Origin: an uncultured Actinomycetes bacterium | GTDB lineage: Bacteria; Actinomycetota; Thermoleophilia; Gaiellales; Gaiellaceae | Assembly (NCBI GenBank): GCA_963720515.1 | Contig: OY970397.1 | Location: 223,363 to 287,362 of the forward strand | Length of the DNA stretch: 64,000 nucleotides | Direction: 5' to 3' | Shown: one piece after another, positions 10,444 to 20,185 of the stretch | Numbering within the stretch: position 1 is the stretch's first letter | Layout: each line of letters starts with the position of its first letter | Notes under the pieces: generated by a model | Told to the model about the DNA's origin: nothing | The model's input: the letters and a program-made list of their open reading frames with translations, nothing else | The model's database searches: none | Translations under genes and position numbers: made by a program

Positions 10444-11084
10444 GCCACCCGCCCGCCCAGGCGCCACACGGGTCCCTGCGTGGCGACGGGCCGCGACTCC
10501 GAGACGACGTGGTCGATCGACACGCGGCCGCCGATCCCCTCGTGGTCGAGCCGCTCGAGCGAGCGGCCGGCCATCTCGGCCGAGATCCCGTAGCCCACGC
10601 GGCGCGCCGTGCGAAAGACGAGCGTGCGCGGGTTCGCCCCGGCCGACGGATTCGCGGGCGAGAGGAGGAGCGCGGCGCGGTCGCGGTAGTCGCTCGACCC
10701 GAGCTCGAGGCTCGCGAGCGCATGCGACCAGTCCGGCGGCAGCGCCTCGACGAGCTTGCGCCACTGCCCGGCGAGCGACCCGCCCTCGGGCCGTGCGGCC
10801 TCGGCTTCCTCGACGCTCGTCTCCTCGAGCCGGCCCCTGATGCCGTCGGCGTCGAGCCGGAGCAGCACGCGGCCGAGCAGCTCGGCGCCGACGCCGACCC
10901 CCGAGGACTCGCGCACGGCCTCGAGCCGGAAGCGGGCGCCGTCGCGGACGGGCGCGGCCGAGCCGAGCACGAGCGCGGCGCGGTCGGCCTCGGCCGGATC
11001 GTCGAGCTCGAGGGTGAGCCCGACCGACCGCCAACCCTGCGGCAGGCCTGCCTGGATCTCCGACCACTGCTCGGCGAGCCTCAC
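10440..11084 (-). CDS. hypothetical protein with an internal two-fold domain duplication
   Basis: Two similar halves (LAEQWSEIQAGLPQGWRSVGLTLEL...RLDADGIRGRL and LAGQWRKLVEALPPDWSHALASLEL...RLDHEGIGGRV). Start GTG 11084 is preceded by TAGCAT 8 nt upstream. Confidence 0.6.
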   Translation of the reverse strand: MRLAEQWSEIQAGLPQGWRSVGLTLELDDPAEADRAALVLGSAAPVRDGARFRLEAVRESSGVGVGAELLGRVLLRLDADGIRGRLEETSVEEAEAARPEGGSLAGQWRKLVEALPPDWSHALASLELGSSDYRDRAALLLSPANPSAGANPRTLVFRTARRVGYGISAEMAGRSLERLDHEGIGGRVSIDHVVSESRPVATQGPVWRLGGRVA

Positions 11085-11100
11085 GGCGGAGGATGCTAGC

Positions 11101-12084
11101 GTGCGAGACGTGGCGACAGCCGAGAGGAAGGGCCACGGGGTCGCGCCCGACACGCTTCGCGAGTGGCTTCGCGAGATGCTTCTCATCCGCCGGTTCGAGG
11201 AGATGGTCGAGGAGCGCTTCCGCGCGGGCGAGCTGCCGGGCTTCCTGCACGTCGCGATCGGCCAGGAGGCGGTCGCGGTCGGCGTCTGCCGCGCGCTCGC
11301 CGAGAGCGACGTCATCGCCTCGACCCACCGCGCGCACGGCCACACGCTCGCGAAGGGCACGCACCCGAACGAGGTCATGGCCGAGCTCTACGGGAAGCTC
11401 GAGGGCACGAGCCACGGCTACGGCGGCTCGATGCACCTCTACGACGTCGAGCGCGGGAACATGGGCGCGAACGCCGTCGTCGGCGGCGGGCTCCCCGCGA
11501 TCGTCGGCGCCGCGCTCGCGTTCAAGATGCGCGGCGAGCCGCGTGTCGCGGTCGCCTTCTTCGGTGACGGCGCGACGAACATCGGGACCTTCCACGAGGC
11601 GCTGAACCTCGCGCAGCTCTGGCGCGTCCCGGCCGTCTTCATCTGCGAGAACAACCACTACGCCGAGTCCACGCCGGCGGCGCAGCAGCTCCCGATCGAG
11701 GATCTGACGAAGCGCGCCGAGGCGTTCGGGATGCAGGCGATGAAGGTGGACGGCCAGGACATCGAGGCCGTGCACCGCACCGCACAGCGCGCGCTCAAGC
11801 ACGCGCGCGACGGCAAGGGCCCGGTCTACGTCGTCGCCGAGACCTTCCGCCTGACGGGCCACTACGTCGGCGACCCGCAGGTCTACCGCCCCAAGGAGGA
11901 GGTGCGCGAGCTCCGCCAGACGAAGGATCCGATCGAGCTCCTCCGCGCGAAGCTCGACGTCTCCGAGGCCGACTGGGCGGAGATGGACCGCGAGGTCACC
12001 GAGCTCGTCGAGCACTCGGTCGAGTTCGCGAAGGCCGGCACCGACCCGAAGCCGGAGGACGCGATGAAGAACGTCTATGCCTGA
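11101..12084 (+). CDS. pdhA: 2-oxoacid (pyruvate/branched-chain type) dehydrogenase E1 alpha subunit
   Basis: RRFEEMVEERFRAGELPGFLHVAIGQEAVAVG...YGGSMHLYD...FFGDGATNIGTFHEALNLA...ICENNHYA (TPP motif). Confidence 0.9.
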   Translation: MRDVATAERKGHGVAPDTLREWLREMLLIRRFEEMVEERFRAGELPGFLHVAIGQEAVAVGVCRALAESDVIASTHRAHGHTLAKGTHPNEVMAELYGKLEGTSHGYGGSMHLYDVERGNMGANAVVGGGLPAIVGAALAFKMRGEPRVAVAFFGDGATNIGTFHEALNLAQLWRVPAVFICENNHYAESTPAAQQLPIEDLTKRAEAFGMQAMKVDGQDIEAVHRTAQRALKHARDGKGPVYVVAETFRLTGHYVGDPQVYRPKEEVRELRQTKDPIELLRAKLDVSEADWAEMDREVTELVEHSVEFAKAGTDPKPEDAMKNVYA

Positions 12085-13057
12085 GACGACCTATCGCGAG
12101 GCGGTGCGCGACGCGATGAGCGAGGCGATGCGCCGCGACGACGACGTCTTCATCATGGGCGAGGACATCGCCGAGATGGGCGGCTCGATGGGCGTGACCC
12201 AGGGGATGCTGGCCGAGTTCGGGCCGGACCGGGTGCGCAACACGCCGATCTCCGAGATGGCGATCGTCGGCGCGGGCATCGGCGCGGCCATGGCGGGGAT
12301 GCGGCCGATCGTCGAGATCATGTACCAGGACTTCACGACGCTCGCGATGGAGCAGCTCGTGAACCAGGCGGCGAAGCACCGCTACATGTCGGGCGGCCAG
12401 CTCAAGGTGCCGCTCACGGTGCGCACGCAGGGCGGCGCGGGGTGGAGCCCGGGCGCGCAGCACGCGCAGCAGCTCGAGGCCTGGTTCGTCCACGTGCCCG
12501 GCTTGAAGGTCGTCTTCCCGTCGACGCCCGCCGACGTCCGCGGCCTGCTCTTCGCCTCGATCTACGACGACAACCCCGTGCTCTTCTTCGAGCACCGCAC
12601 GCTCTACGGCCTGAAGGGCGAGGTCTCCAAGGAGATCGAGCCGATCGAGCTCGGCAAGGCGCGCGTGCACCGCGAGGGCGAGGACGTGACCGTGGTCGCG
12701 ACCGGCCGGCTGGTGCACGAGGCGCTCGCCGCCGCCGACGAGGCGGAGAAGGACGGCATCTCGGTCGAGGTCGTGGACCCGCGGACGCTCCAGCCGCTCG
12801 ACGAGGACGCGATCGTCTCCTCGGTGCAGAAGACGAACCGCTGCGTCGTCGCGCACGAGGCGGTCGTCCGGATGGGCTGGGGCGCGGAGATCGCGGCCAT
12901 CGTCCAGGAGAAGGCGTTCGACTACCTCGACGCGCCGGTCGAGCGCGTCGGCGCGCGGTTCACGCCGCTCCCGTTCGCGCCCGTCATGGAGGAGTACGTC
13001 ATCCCGCACGCGGCCGACGTGCGCGCCGCGATCGACCGGACGGTGGGGCGGGGCTGA
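12077..13057 (+). CDS. pdhB: 2-oxoacid dehydrogenase E1 beta subunit
   Basis: TYREAVRDAMSEAMRRDDDVFIMGEDIAEMGG...RVRNTPISEMAIVGAGIGAAMAGMRPIVEIM. Confidence 0.93.
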   Translation: MPETTYREAVRDAMSEAMRRDDDVFIMGEDIAEMGGSMGVTQGMLAEFGPDRVRNTPISEMAIVGAGIGAAMAGMRPIVEIMYQDFTTLAMEQLVNQAAKHRYMSGGQLKVPLTVRTQGGAGWSPGAQHAQQLEAWFVHVPGLKVVFPSTPADVRGLLFASIYDDNPVLFFEHRTLYGLKGEVSKEIEPIELGKARVHREGEDVTVVATGRLVHEALAAADEAEKDGISVEVVDPRTLQPLDEDAIVSSVQKTNRCVVAHEAVVRMGWGAEIAAIVQEKAFDYLDAPVERVGARFTPLPFAPVMEEYVIPHAADVRAAIDRTVGRG

Positions 13058-14275
13058 TGGCCTCGCAGGTCACGCTCCCTCGGCTCGGCCAGGGCATGGA
13101 GTCCGGGACGATCGTCCGCTGGCTCAAGTCCGAAGGGGACAAGGTCGAGAAGGGCGAGCCGCTCTACGAGCTCGACACGGAGAAGGTGACGCAGGAGGTC
13201 GAGGCGGAGGCCTCCGGGATCCTGTTGAAGATTCTCGTCGCCGAGGGCGAGGTCGAGGTCGGCAAGCAGATCGCCGTGATCGGCGAGGCGGGCGAGGAGG
13301 TTCCCGACGAGCCGAGCGGCAACGGCTCCGCGCCCAAGGCCGAGGAGCCCGCCGAGGAGCCCGCGCCGGAGCCCGCGCGTGAGGAGCCTGCGCCCGAGGA
13401 GCAGCCTGCGCCCGCGCCGGCGCGCGACGGCGGCCGGGTGAAGGCGTCGCCGCTCGCGCGGCGCCTGGCGAAGGAGGCCGGGATCGATCTCGCGTCGCTC
13501 CGCGGCACGGGCCCGGAGGGCCGGATCGTCGCCGAGGACGTGGAGCGCGCCGGAACGGGTGCGGTCGCGGCGGCCGCAGCGGAGGTCCCGCCCGGCGAGG
13601 TCGAGACGGTCCCGTTCAATTCGATGCGCAAGACGATCGCCCGGCGCATGACCGAGGCGTGGTCGGCGCCGGCGTTCCAGATCGCCATGACCGCCGACAT
13701 GACCGCCGCGATCCGGCTGCGCGAGAAGCTCGTCGAGCGGATGCAGGAGGGCGACGCCAAGCCGACGTTCTCCGATGTCCTCACGAAGGCGAGCGCGGTT
13801 GCGCTCCTGCGCCATCGCGACGTGAACGCGCACTTCGCGGGCGACGCGGTGCGGATCTTCCCGACGGCGAACGTCGGGTTCGCGGTCGCGGTGCCGCACG
13901 GGCTCGTCGTGCCGGTCATCCGGAGCGCGGAGCGCAAGACGATCGCCGAGCTCGCGAACGCGCGGGCGGATCTCGTCGAGCGCACCCGCGGCGGCAAGCT
14001 CCAGCAGGCCGACCTCGAGGACGGCACGTTCACGATCTCGAACCTCGGCATGTACGGGGTCGATCGCTTCGTCGCCGTGCTCGAACCCGCCGCAGGCCGC
14101 GATCCTCGCGGTCGGCGCGATCGAGGAGCGCCCGGTCGTCCGCGACGGCGAGCTCGTCGCGCGGCCGCTGATGGAGCTCGTCCTCACGTGCGACCACCGC
14201 TCGATCGACGGCGCTACAGCTTCGGAGTTTCTGGGAACGGTGAAAGCGTTCCTCGAGGAACCCGCGCTGATGCTG
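13057..14275 (+). CDS. dihydrolipoamide acyltransferase E2, frame broken once near 14083; no stop codon before the next domain
   Basis: Lipoyl domain (LYELDTEKVTQEVEAEASG), Ala/Pro/Glu linker, E3-binding (ASPLARRLAKEAGIDL) and catalytic core. The frame shifts at ctc-g-aac (14083) into NPPQAAILAVGAIEE...CDHRSIDGATASEFL. Confidence 0.9.
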
Positions 14276-14608
14276 ATGAACGTCTGGTACCGAGTCACCG
14301 ACCTCGACACCGCCTGCCGCTTCTATGTCGAGCGGCTCGGGTTCATCGAGCGCTACCGCGACGACGAGGATCGCTGGGCGCGGCTCGAGCTCGGCGGGAT
14401 CGAGCTCGCGCTCACCGAGGATCCGAACGTGGTGTCCGGTGACGGCGTCGTCTTCACCGCCGACGTCCCGAACCTGAAGGACGAGGCCGAGCGGCTGCGC
14501 GCGGCGGGCGTCGACGTCAGCACCGTCGTCGAGATCCCCGGCTCCATGCGGCTGGTGGACATCCAGGATCCCGACGGCAACCGGATCCAGCTGACCGAGG
14601 AAGTCTGA
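14276..14608 (+). CDS. glyoxalase/VOC family domain, in frame with the E2 C-terminus as assembled
   Basis: MNVWYRVTDLDTACRFYVERLGF...VVEIPGSMRLVDIQDPDGNRIQL. Confidence 0.75.
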   Translation: MNVWYRVTDLDTACRFYVERLGFIERYRDDEDRWARLELGGIELALTEDPNVVSGDGVVFTADVPNLKDEAERLRAAGVDVSTVVEIPGSMRLVDIQDPDGNRIQLTEEV

Positions 14609-14685
14609 CCTTCCCTCAGCCGGGGGATGGCACCGCCCCGGATCCGGTCGCAGAGTGAGAGCGACCGGATTTCCCCCGGGTCAGT

Positions 14686-14719
14686 CGAGGGCGGCCTTGT
14701 GGCCGCCCTCGTCGTTTTT
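14686..14719 (+). terminator. intrinsic terminator after the dehydrogenase/VOC genes
   Basis: Perfect 11-bp stem cgagggcggcc / ggccgccctcg (14686-14696 and 14701-14711), loop ttgt, then tcgttttt (T-run 14715-14719). Confidence 0.75.
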
Positions 14720-14750
14720 GGTGCGACGGCACCATCTGTCCCGGGAGATC

Positions 14751-16580
14751 TCAGGCGGAGCGGGGGAGCACGAGCTCGAGCGGGGCCTCGCCGAGCGCGT
14801 CGTGCAGGGCGCTGACGACGGCCGGGTCGAACTGCGTGCCGGAGCAGCGGTCCATCTCGGCGAGCGCCTCGGCGCGCGTGACCTTCGCGCGGTAGACGCG
14901 GTCGGTCGTCATCGTGTCGTACGAGTCCGCGACGAAGAGGATGCGGGCGGGAAGCGGGATCTCCTCGCCGGCGAGGCCGTGCGGGTACCCGATGCCGTCC
15001 CAGCGCTCGTGGTGGTGCAGCACCCAGGTCGCGACCGGCTCGAGGGAGAGGGCCTCGAGCATCCGGTGGCCGATCTCGGAGTGCCGCTCGACGACGCAGC
15101 GCTCGGCCGGGCTGAGCGGGCCGGGCTTGTGGAGGATCTCCTCGGGGACGAGGAGCTTCCCGATGTCGTGCAGGGTCCCGGCGACGCGGATCATCTCCAC
15201 GAGCTCCGGGTCGAGGTCGAGGTGCGTCGCGATCCGTGCCGCGAGCTCGCCCACGTTGTGGGAGTGGGTGCCGATGTAGACGTCGCGCGCGACGACCTGG
15301 TGCGCGGCGCTCGCCGCGGCGCGGAGGCCGGCGACGCGCGCGTACGGGAGCTCGGGCACCTCGACCTGCGGAAGCCGAGAGTCCGGGCGGTACACGTGGA
15401 CGCGCGCCTTGCCGTGGCCCTTCGCCGAGTACAGCGCCTTGTCGGCGAGGCGGACGAGCTCGGCGCGGCCGACACCGTCGCTCGGGTACGCGGCCACGCC
15501 GATCGAGACCGACACCTTGCCGCCGTGCTCGTAGCGCTCGCCCGCGACCCGGCGTTCGATCGACTCGGCGATCTCACGGCCCTCGTCGAGGGTGCGCCCG
15601 GGGAGCACGACGGCGAACTCGTCGCCTCCCAGGCGGAAGGACTCGCCGCCGCGCCGCAGCCGCGCCGCGACCTGCGAGAGGACGCTGTCGCCGGCCGGGT
15701 GCCCGTACGTGTCGTTGATCGTCTTGAAGTTGTCGATGTCGACCATGCAGAGCGTCATGGGTGTGCCCGCCTCGTCCGCGTGGTCGAGGTAGCGCTGGAG
15801 GAGCTCTTCGAAGTGCCGCTTGTTGCCGAGGCCCGTCTGCTCGTCGGTGAGCGCGAGGCGCATCGCCCCGAGCGCACGGTGCACGGAGCGCTGGTAGAGC
15901 GCGACCGCGATGAGCGGCCCGACGAGCGCGACCATGAGCACCGGCGACTGCTTCCAGAGGACGGCCAGCATCAGGCTGACCGAGCCCATGATCGCGAACG
16001 GGCCGACATTGGCCTTGGTGCAAGGGACGAGCAGCGAGCCGAACGACTGCCCCGAGACTCGAGAGAAGATCGCCGTCGTGAGCAGCATGTTCGTCACGAA
16101 GAAGGCCGAGATCCCGACAATCGTTCCGAGCAGGAGGTTCATCGTCTCCGTGCCCTGCGAGAACAACACGACCGCGCCGCCTGCCGCCGCGCCTGCGAGC
16201 CCGTAGACCGAGCTGTTATAGGCGTACTGCACGGGCTGCTTCCGCCGGAGCCCGTCCACGATGACGACTGCGAGCGTCGCGACGACGACGGCGGCTGCCC
16301 AGCCGTACGTGAGCGCCGCGCCCGTGATGAAGACGGCCGCGAGCGACACCTCGCCCGCAGGCTCGAGCGGGACCGGGAACGCCTCGGCGAGCGCCGCCGC
16401 GACGAGCAGCATGACCAGGCCGACGAGAAGGCCCGGATCCGGCGAGGTCGCGAGGGTCCAGATCGCCAGCGCAAGCGCCGCTGCTCCCCCGACGATGACG
16501 GGCAGGGCGAGCGAGCGAACGGAGGGTTGCCGCAGTGGAGTGGTCGTCATATCCGCAGTCCTCGAGAACGAGGTCTTCAC
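14751..16580 (-). CDS. membrane-anchored GGDEF plus HD-GYP protein (c-di-GMP synthase/phosphodiesterase)
   Basis: Multi-TM N-terminus. GGDEF domain with intact RLGGDEF. HD-GYP domain with HDIGK and HHERWDGIGYP. Start could be the downstream ATG (MTTTPLRQ). Confidence 0.9.
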   Translation of the reverse strand: MKTSFSRTADMTTTPLRQPSVRSLALPVIVGGAAALALAIWTLATSPDPGLLVGLVMLLVAAALAEAFPVPLEPAGEVSLAAVFITGAALTYGWAAAVVVATLAVVIVDGLRRKQPVQYAYNSSVYGLAGAAAGGAVVLFSQGTETMNLLLGTIVGISAFFVTNMLLTTAIFSRVSGQSFGSLLVPCTKANVGPFAIMGSVSLMLAVLWKQSPVLMVALVGPLIAVALYQRSVHRALGAMRLALTDEQTGLGNKRHFEELLQRYLDHADEAGTPMTLCMVDIDNFKTINDTYGHPAGDSVLSQVAARLRRGGESFRLGGDEFAVVLPGRTLDEGREIAESIERRVAGERYEHGGKVSVSIGVAAYPSDGVGRAELVRLADKALYSAKGHGKARVHVYRPDSRLPQVEVPELPYARVAGLRAAASAAHQVVARDVYIGTHSHNVGELAARIATHLDLDPELVEMIRVAGTLHDIGKLLVPEEILHKPGPLSPAERCVVERHSEIGHRMLEALSLEPVATWVLHHHERWDGIGYPHGLAGEEIPLPARILFVADSYDTMTTDRVYRAKVTRAEALAEMDRCSGTQFDPAVVSALHDALGEAPLELVLPRSA

Positions 16581-16660
16581 GCCTCATCGCCCTGATTGAC
16601 GTATCGGCTGATCCCCAATAAAGGGGTTACGGGGTCGCCGGTCTGCCACCCTCCGCGTAG

Positions 16661-16753
16661 ACCCGTTCGGGGGATCGCCGTCCGTCGCGGCCCGGACGAC
16701 CATTAGAGGCGTGTGCGGGACTGGAGTTCAGCGGCATTCGCCTGTGCCTCAGG
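16661..16753 (-). repeat. intergenic element family, copy X (degenerate)
   Basis: Shares CCCGTTCGGGGG, CGTGTG..GGGACTG and CTGTGCC..CAGG blocks with copy H. The spacer and -10 region are deleted or diverged. Confidence 0.4.
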
Positions 16754-16796
16754 CCCGTCGTGCGCATGGTTCACCCACCTGCAAAAGGAGGAAGAG

Positions 16797-16883
16797 ATGC
16801 TGCGGCTTCGCATTTGGGCGTTCCGCTACGCGCTTCTCGCGGCCTTCGTTTTGGCCTCGGGCGCGGGTTGGAAGTGGGACTGA
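16797..16883 (+). CDS. 28-codon hydrophobic small ORF with a strong Shine-Dalgarno sequence (possible leader peptide)
   Basis: aaaaGGAGGaagag-ATG; MLRLRIWAFRYALLAAFVLASGAGWKWD. Too short for the ORF track; found by reading. Confidence 0.35.
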   Translation: MLRLRIWAFRYALLAAFVLASGAGWKWD

Positions 16884-16902
16884 GAGTCCACTGAAGGACG
16901 GG

Positions 16903-16931
16903 GTGGCCGGCCCGAGTCTCGGGTCGGCCAC
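16903..16931 (+). other. strong GC hairpin between the small ORF and the DUF5317 gene
   Basis: gtggccg-g-cccga-gtc-tcggg-t-cggccac; no T-tract follows. Confidence 0.5.
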
Positions 16932-16974
16932 AACGGCCATCTCCCTTCCTGCGGCGACCTTCTCGACGCACTAA

Positions 16975-17467
16975 GTGTTTCTTCTCCCAAGCATCGCCCT
17001 GGGCATCGCCTTCGCCCTGCTTCTCGGCGGAAAACCTTCGCGCGTCCTTCGTCTCGAGGTCCACCACGGCTGGGCGGTGTTCCTCTCGCTCGGCACTCCA
17101 GATCGTGCTGTTCTCCGGCGCTCGCGGCATGATCCCGACTCCGCTCCTCGAGCCGCTTCACCTCGCGAGCTACGTGCTGCTCTTCTGGTTCGCGTTCGCG
17201 AACTTCCGGCGTCTGATCTTGCTCCCGCTCTTTCTCGGTATGGCGCTGAATGCCGATCGCGATCGTCGCGAACGGCGGCCAGATGCCCGTGAACCCCGAG
17301 GCCTGGGCGAGCACCGGGCTCGACAGCGCGGCGGGCTCGAACGTGGCCGTCGGGGCCGACCGGCTTGCGTTCCTCGGCGACATCTTCGCGCTGCCGACGC
17401 GAGCTCCCGCTCACGAACGTCTTCTCGATCGGCGACCTGCTCCTCGGGATCGGAACCGTGATCCTGA
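16975..17467 (+). pseudogene. DUF5317-like membrane protein split over four frames
   Basis: MFLLPSIALGIAFALLLGG... / LQIVLFSGARGMIPT...FLGMALN / IAIVANGGQMPVNPEA...LAFLGDIFALP / ELPLTNVFSIGDLLLGIG. Frame changes near 17095, 17250 and 17397. May be assembly error rather than decay. Confidence 0.6.
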
Positions 17468-17475
17468 TCGTCACC

Positions 17476-18747
17476 GTGTCCACCACCGAGACGTCGCGTC
17501 CGGCGCTCTCGGTCGGGCGCCTGTTCGAGCCGCTTCGGCTCCAGTCGTTCCGGCGCCTCGCGACCGGCAAGCTCGTCTCGCAGTTCGGCGACTGGCTGAC
17601 CGTCGCAGCCCTCGTCGGCTGGGTCTACCAGACGACGGGCTCCGTGAGCCAGGTCGCCGCGCTGCTCGTGATCCGGCTCGTCCCGCCCGTGCTGGGCGGC
17701 GGCGTCGCGGCCGCGCTCGTGGACAAGTTCCCCCGCCAGCGCCTGCTCGTGCTCGTCGAGCTCGGGCGCGGCCTCCTCGTCGCCGTCGCGCTCGGCGGCA
17801 TCCTGCTCGACGTCCGCGCCATCGCGTTCGCCGCGATCGCGGTGTCCGGGCTGCTTTCCGCGGTCTCCTCGGCGACCGTGCGCGCGCTCGTCCCGTCCAT
17901 CCTCGACCGCTCCCAGCTCGCCCCCGGGAACGCGGTTCTCGGATTTGCACAGGACGGCGCGATGGCGCTCGGCGCGCTCGCCGCCGGCATCACGCTGACG
18001 GCCTCGAGCGCGGCCGTCGCGCTCGGCTTCGATCTTCTGACGTTCATGGTGGCCGCGGCGCTCTACACCGGCGTCCGCGCCAGGCCGATCGTCTCGCTCG
18101 CGCGCGGGACGCGCGGCGGCCTCGTGGAGGGCTTCCGCTACATCCTCGGTCGCCGGATCCTCCTGGTCGTGATCGGCGCGTTCGCCACGGCGACGCTCGC
18201 GACCGGCCTCACGAACGCGACGCTGCCGAGCTTCCTCGGCACCGAGCTCGGCCTCGGGCCGGGCGCCTACGGCTTCGGCGTCGCGGCGCTCGCCGGCGGA
18301 CTCGCCCTCGGCGGCGCAGTAACCGGGCTCGCGCCGGTCGGTGAGATCGGCGGCCGCTGGATCGGCGTCGCGCTCCTCATGATGGCCTCGATGTTCGGCG
18401 TGCTCGCAATGACCGAGCACGCGCCGACCGCGCTTCTCCTCCTCGGGATGATCGGCTTCCTCGACGGGACGACCGACGTCCTCTTCGACACGATCGTCCA
18501 GCGCGAGGTGGATCCCGCCTACTACGGCCGTGTCTTCGGCCTCGGCTCCTCGCTCTTCACCACGACGATGATCGGCGCCGTCGCGCTCGCGCCCGTCGCG
18601 AACGGGCTGGGCGCCCCGCACACGGTCATCTTCGTCGCGGCCGGCGGCCTGCTCGCGGCCGCGGTGGTCGCCCTCCTCGGCACCCGCCATCCCCTCGCGG
18701 CGGCTCCGTCGAGGCCCGGTAGGATCGCGCTCGACACGCGACCTTAA
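17476..18747 (+). CDS. MFS transporter
   Basis: FRRLATGKLVSQFGDWLTVAALVGWVY... with about 12 predicted TM segments. Start GTG 17476 is uncertain (no stop separates it from the DUF5317 tail). Confidence 0.8.
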   Translation: MSTTETSRPALSVGRLFEPLRLQSFRRLATGKLVSQFGDWLTVAALVGWVYQTTGSVSQVAALLVIRLVPPVLGGGVAAALVDKFPRQRLLVLVELGRGLLVAVALGGILLDVRAIAFAAIAVSGLLSAVSSATVRALVPSILDRSQLAPGNAVLGFAQDGAMALGALAAGITLTASSAAVALGFDLLTFMVAAALYTGVRARPIVSLARGTRGGLVEGFRYILGRRILLVVIGAFATATLATGLTNATLPSFLGTELGLGPGAYGFGVAALAGGLALGGAVTGLAPVGEIGGRWIGVALLMMASMFGVLAMTEHAPTALLLLGMIGFLDGTTDVLFDTIVQREVDPAYYGRVFGLGSSLFTTTMIGAVALAPVANGLGAPHTVIFVAAGGLLAAAVVALLGTRHPLAAAPSRPGRIALDTRP

Positions 18748-18758
18748 GGGGAGAATCC

Positions 18759-20163
18759 ATGGAATGTGACGTCGCCGTCCTCGGCGGCGGGCCGGGCGGC
18801 TACACGGCGGCCATCCGAGCCGCGCAGCTGGGCGCCAAGACCGTCTGCATCGAGAAGGAGCCGGAGCTCGGCGGCACGTGCCTCCGGATCGGCTGCATCC
18901 CGACGAAGGCCTGGGTCCAGACCGCCTTCTTCATCAAGGAGGCCGAGGAGAGCTTCGCCAAGCTCGGCGTGAAGGTCGGCCCGCCCGAGCTCGACTTCCC
19001 GGCCGCGAACGAGTGGAAGGCGAAGGTCGTGCACCAGCTCACGAGCGGCGTCGCGGGGCTCTTCAAGGCGAACGGCGTCGAGTGGGTGAAGGGCGTCGGC
19101 AAGTTCAAGGATGCAGAACACGATCGCGGTCGAGGGCGGGGAGGACGTCACGTTCACGAGCGCGATCATCGCGACCGGCTCGTTTCCCCTGCGACCGCCG
19201 ATCGAGGGCATCGACTCGGCCCGCTGCGTGGACTCGACCGGGCTCCTCGCGCAGACCGAGGTGCCGAAGCGCCTCGTCATCCTCGGCGGCGGCATCATCG
19301 GGTGCGAGTTCGCCTCGATCATGCAGCGCTTCGGGAGCGAGGTCACGATCGTCGAGATGCTCCCGTCGCTCATCCCGGCCGAGGACGCGGACGCGCAGAA
19401 GGAGCTCCTGAAGCAGTTCGGCAAGCGCGGCATCACCGTGCACCTCGAGTCGCAGTGCAAGAAGGTCGAGGAGACCGGCGACGGGCTGCTCGTGTCGTTC
19501 AACGACGATGCGGTCGAGTGCGACCTGATGCTCGTCGCGACCGGCCGCGGGCCGCTCGTCCAGGGGCTCGGCCTCGAGGAGATCGGCGTCGAGCTCGACC
19601 CGAAGAAGGGCATCGCGGCGAACGAGCAGCGCCGGACGAGCGTCAACCACATCTACGCGGTCGGCGACTGCGCCGGCTACTGGCAGCTCGCGCACACCGC
19701 GTTCCGCGAGGGGGAAGTAGCTGCCGAGAACGCCTGTGGCCACGAAGCGTTCGTGGACAACCGCGCGGTGCCGCGCCCGATCTACACGGATCCCGAGATC
19801 GCCGGCGTCGGCCTCACGGAGGCCGAGGCGCGCGAGCAGTTCGGCGACGACGTCGCGATCGGCGTCTTCCCCTGGTCGGCGAACGGCCGGGCGCTCATGC
19901 AGAACGAGACCGTCGGCTGGGTGAAGTCGATCCACGAGACCCGCTACGGCGAGCTCCTCGGCCTCGTGATGGTCGGGCCGCACGTGACGGATCTCATCGA
20001 GGCCGGCGTCGTCGCGATCGACGCCGAGTCCACGGTCGAGACGGTCGCGGACGGCATGACCGCGCACCCGACGCTCTCGGAGGCGATCAAGGAAGCGGGC
20101 CTCCTCGCCCTCGGCCGCGCCATCCACCTGCCGAACAAGAAGCGGGCGACGGCGAAGGCCTGA
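18759..20163 (+). CDS. lpdA: dihydrolipoyl dehydrogenase (E3), frame broken once near 19113
   Basis: DVAVLGGGPGGYTAAIRAAQLG...LGGTCLRIGCIPTK (redox-active CxxxxC) in ORF 18759. The rest (ILGGGIIGCEFAS...AHPTLSEAIKEA) is in the frame of ORF 19111..20163. Confidence 0.93.
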
Positions 20164-20185
20164 CCCGCGGCGCCATCTCGCCTGC

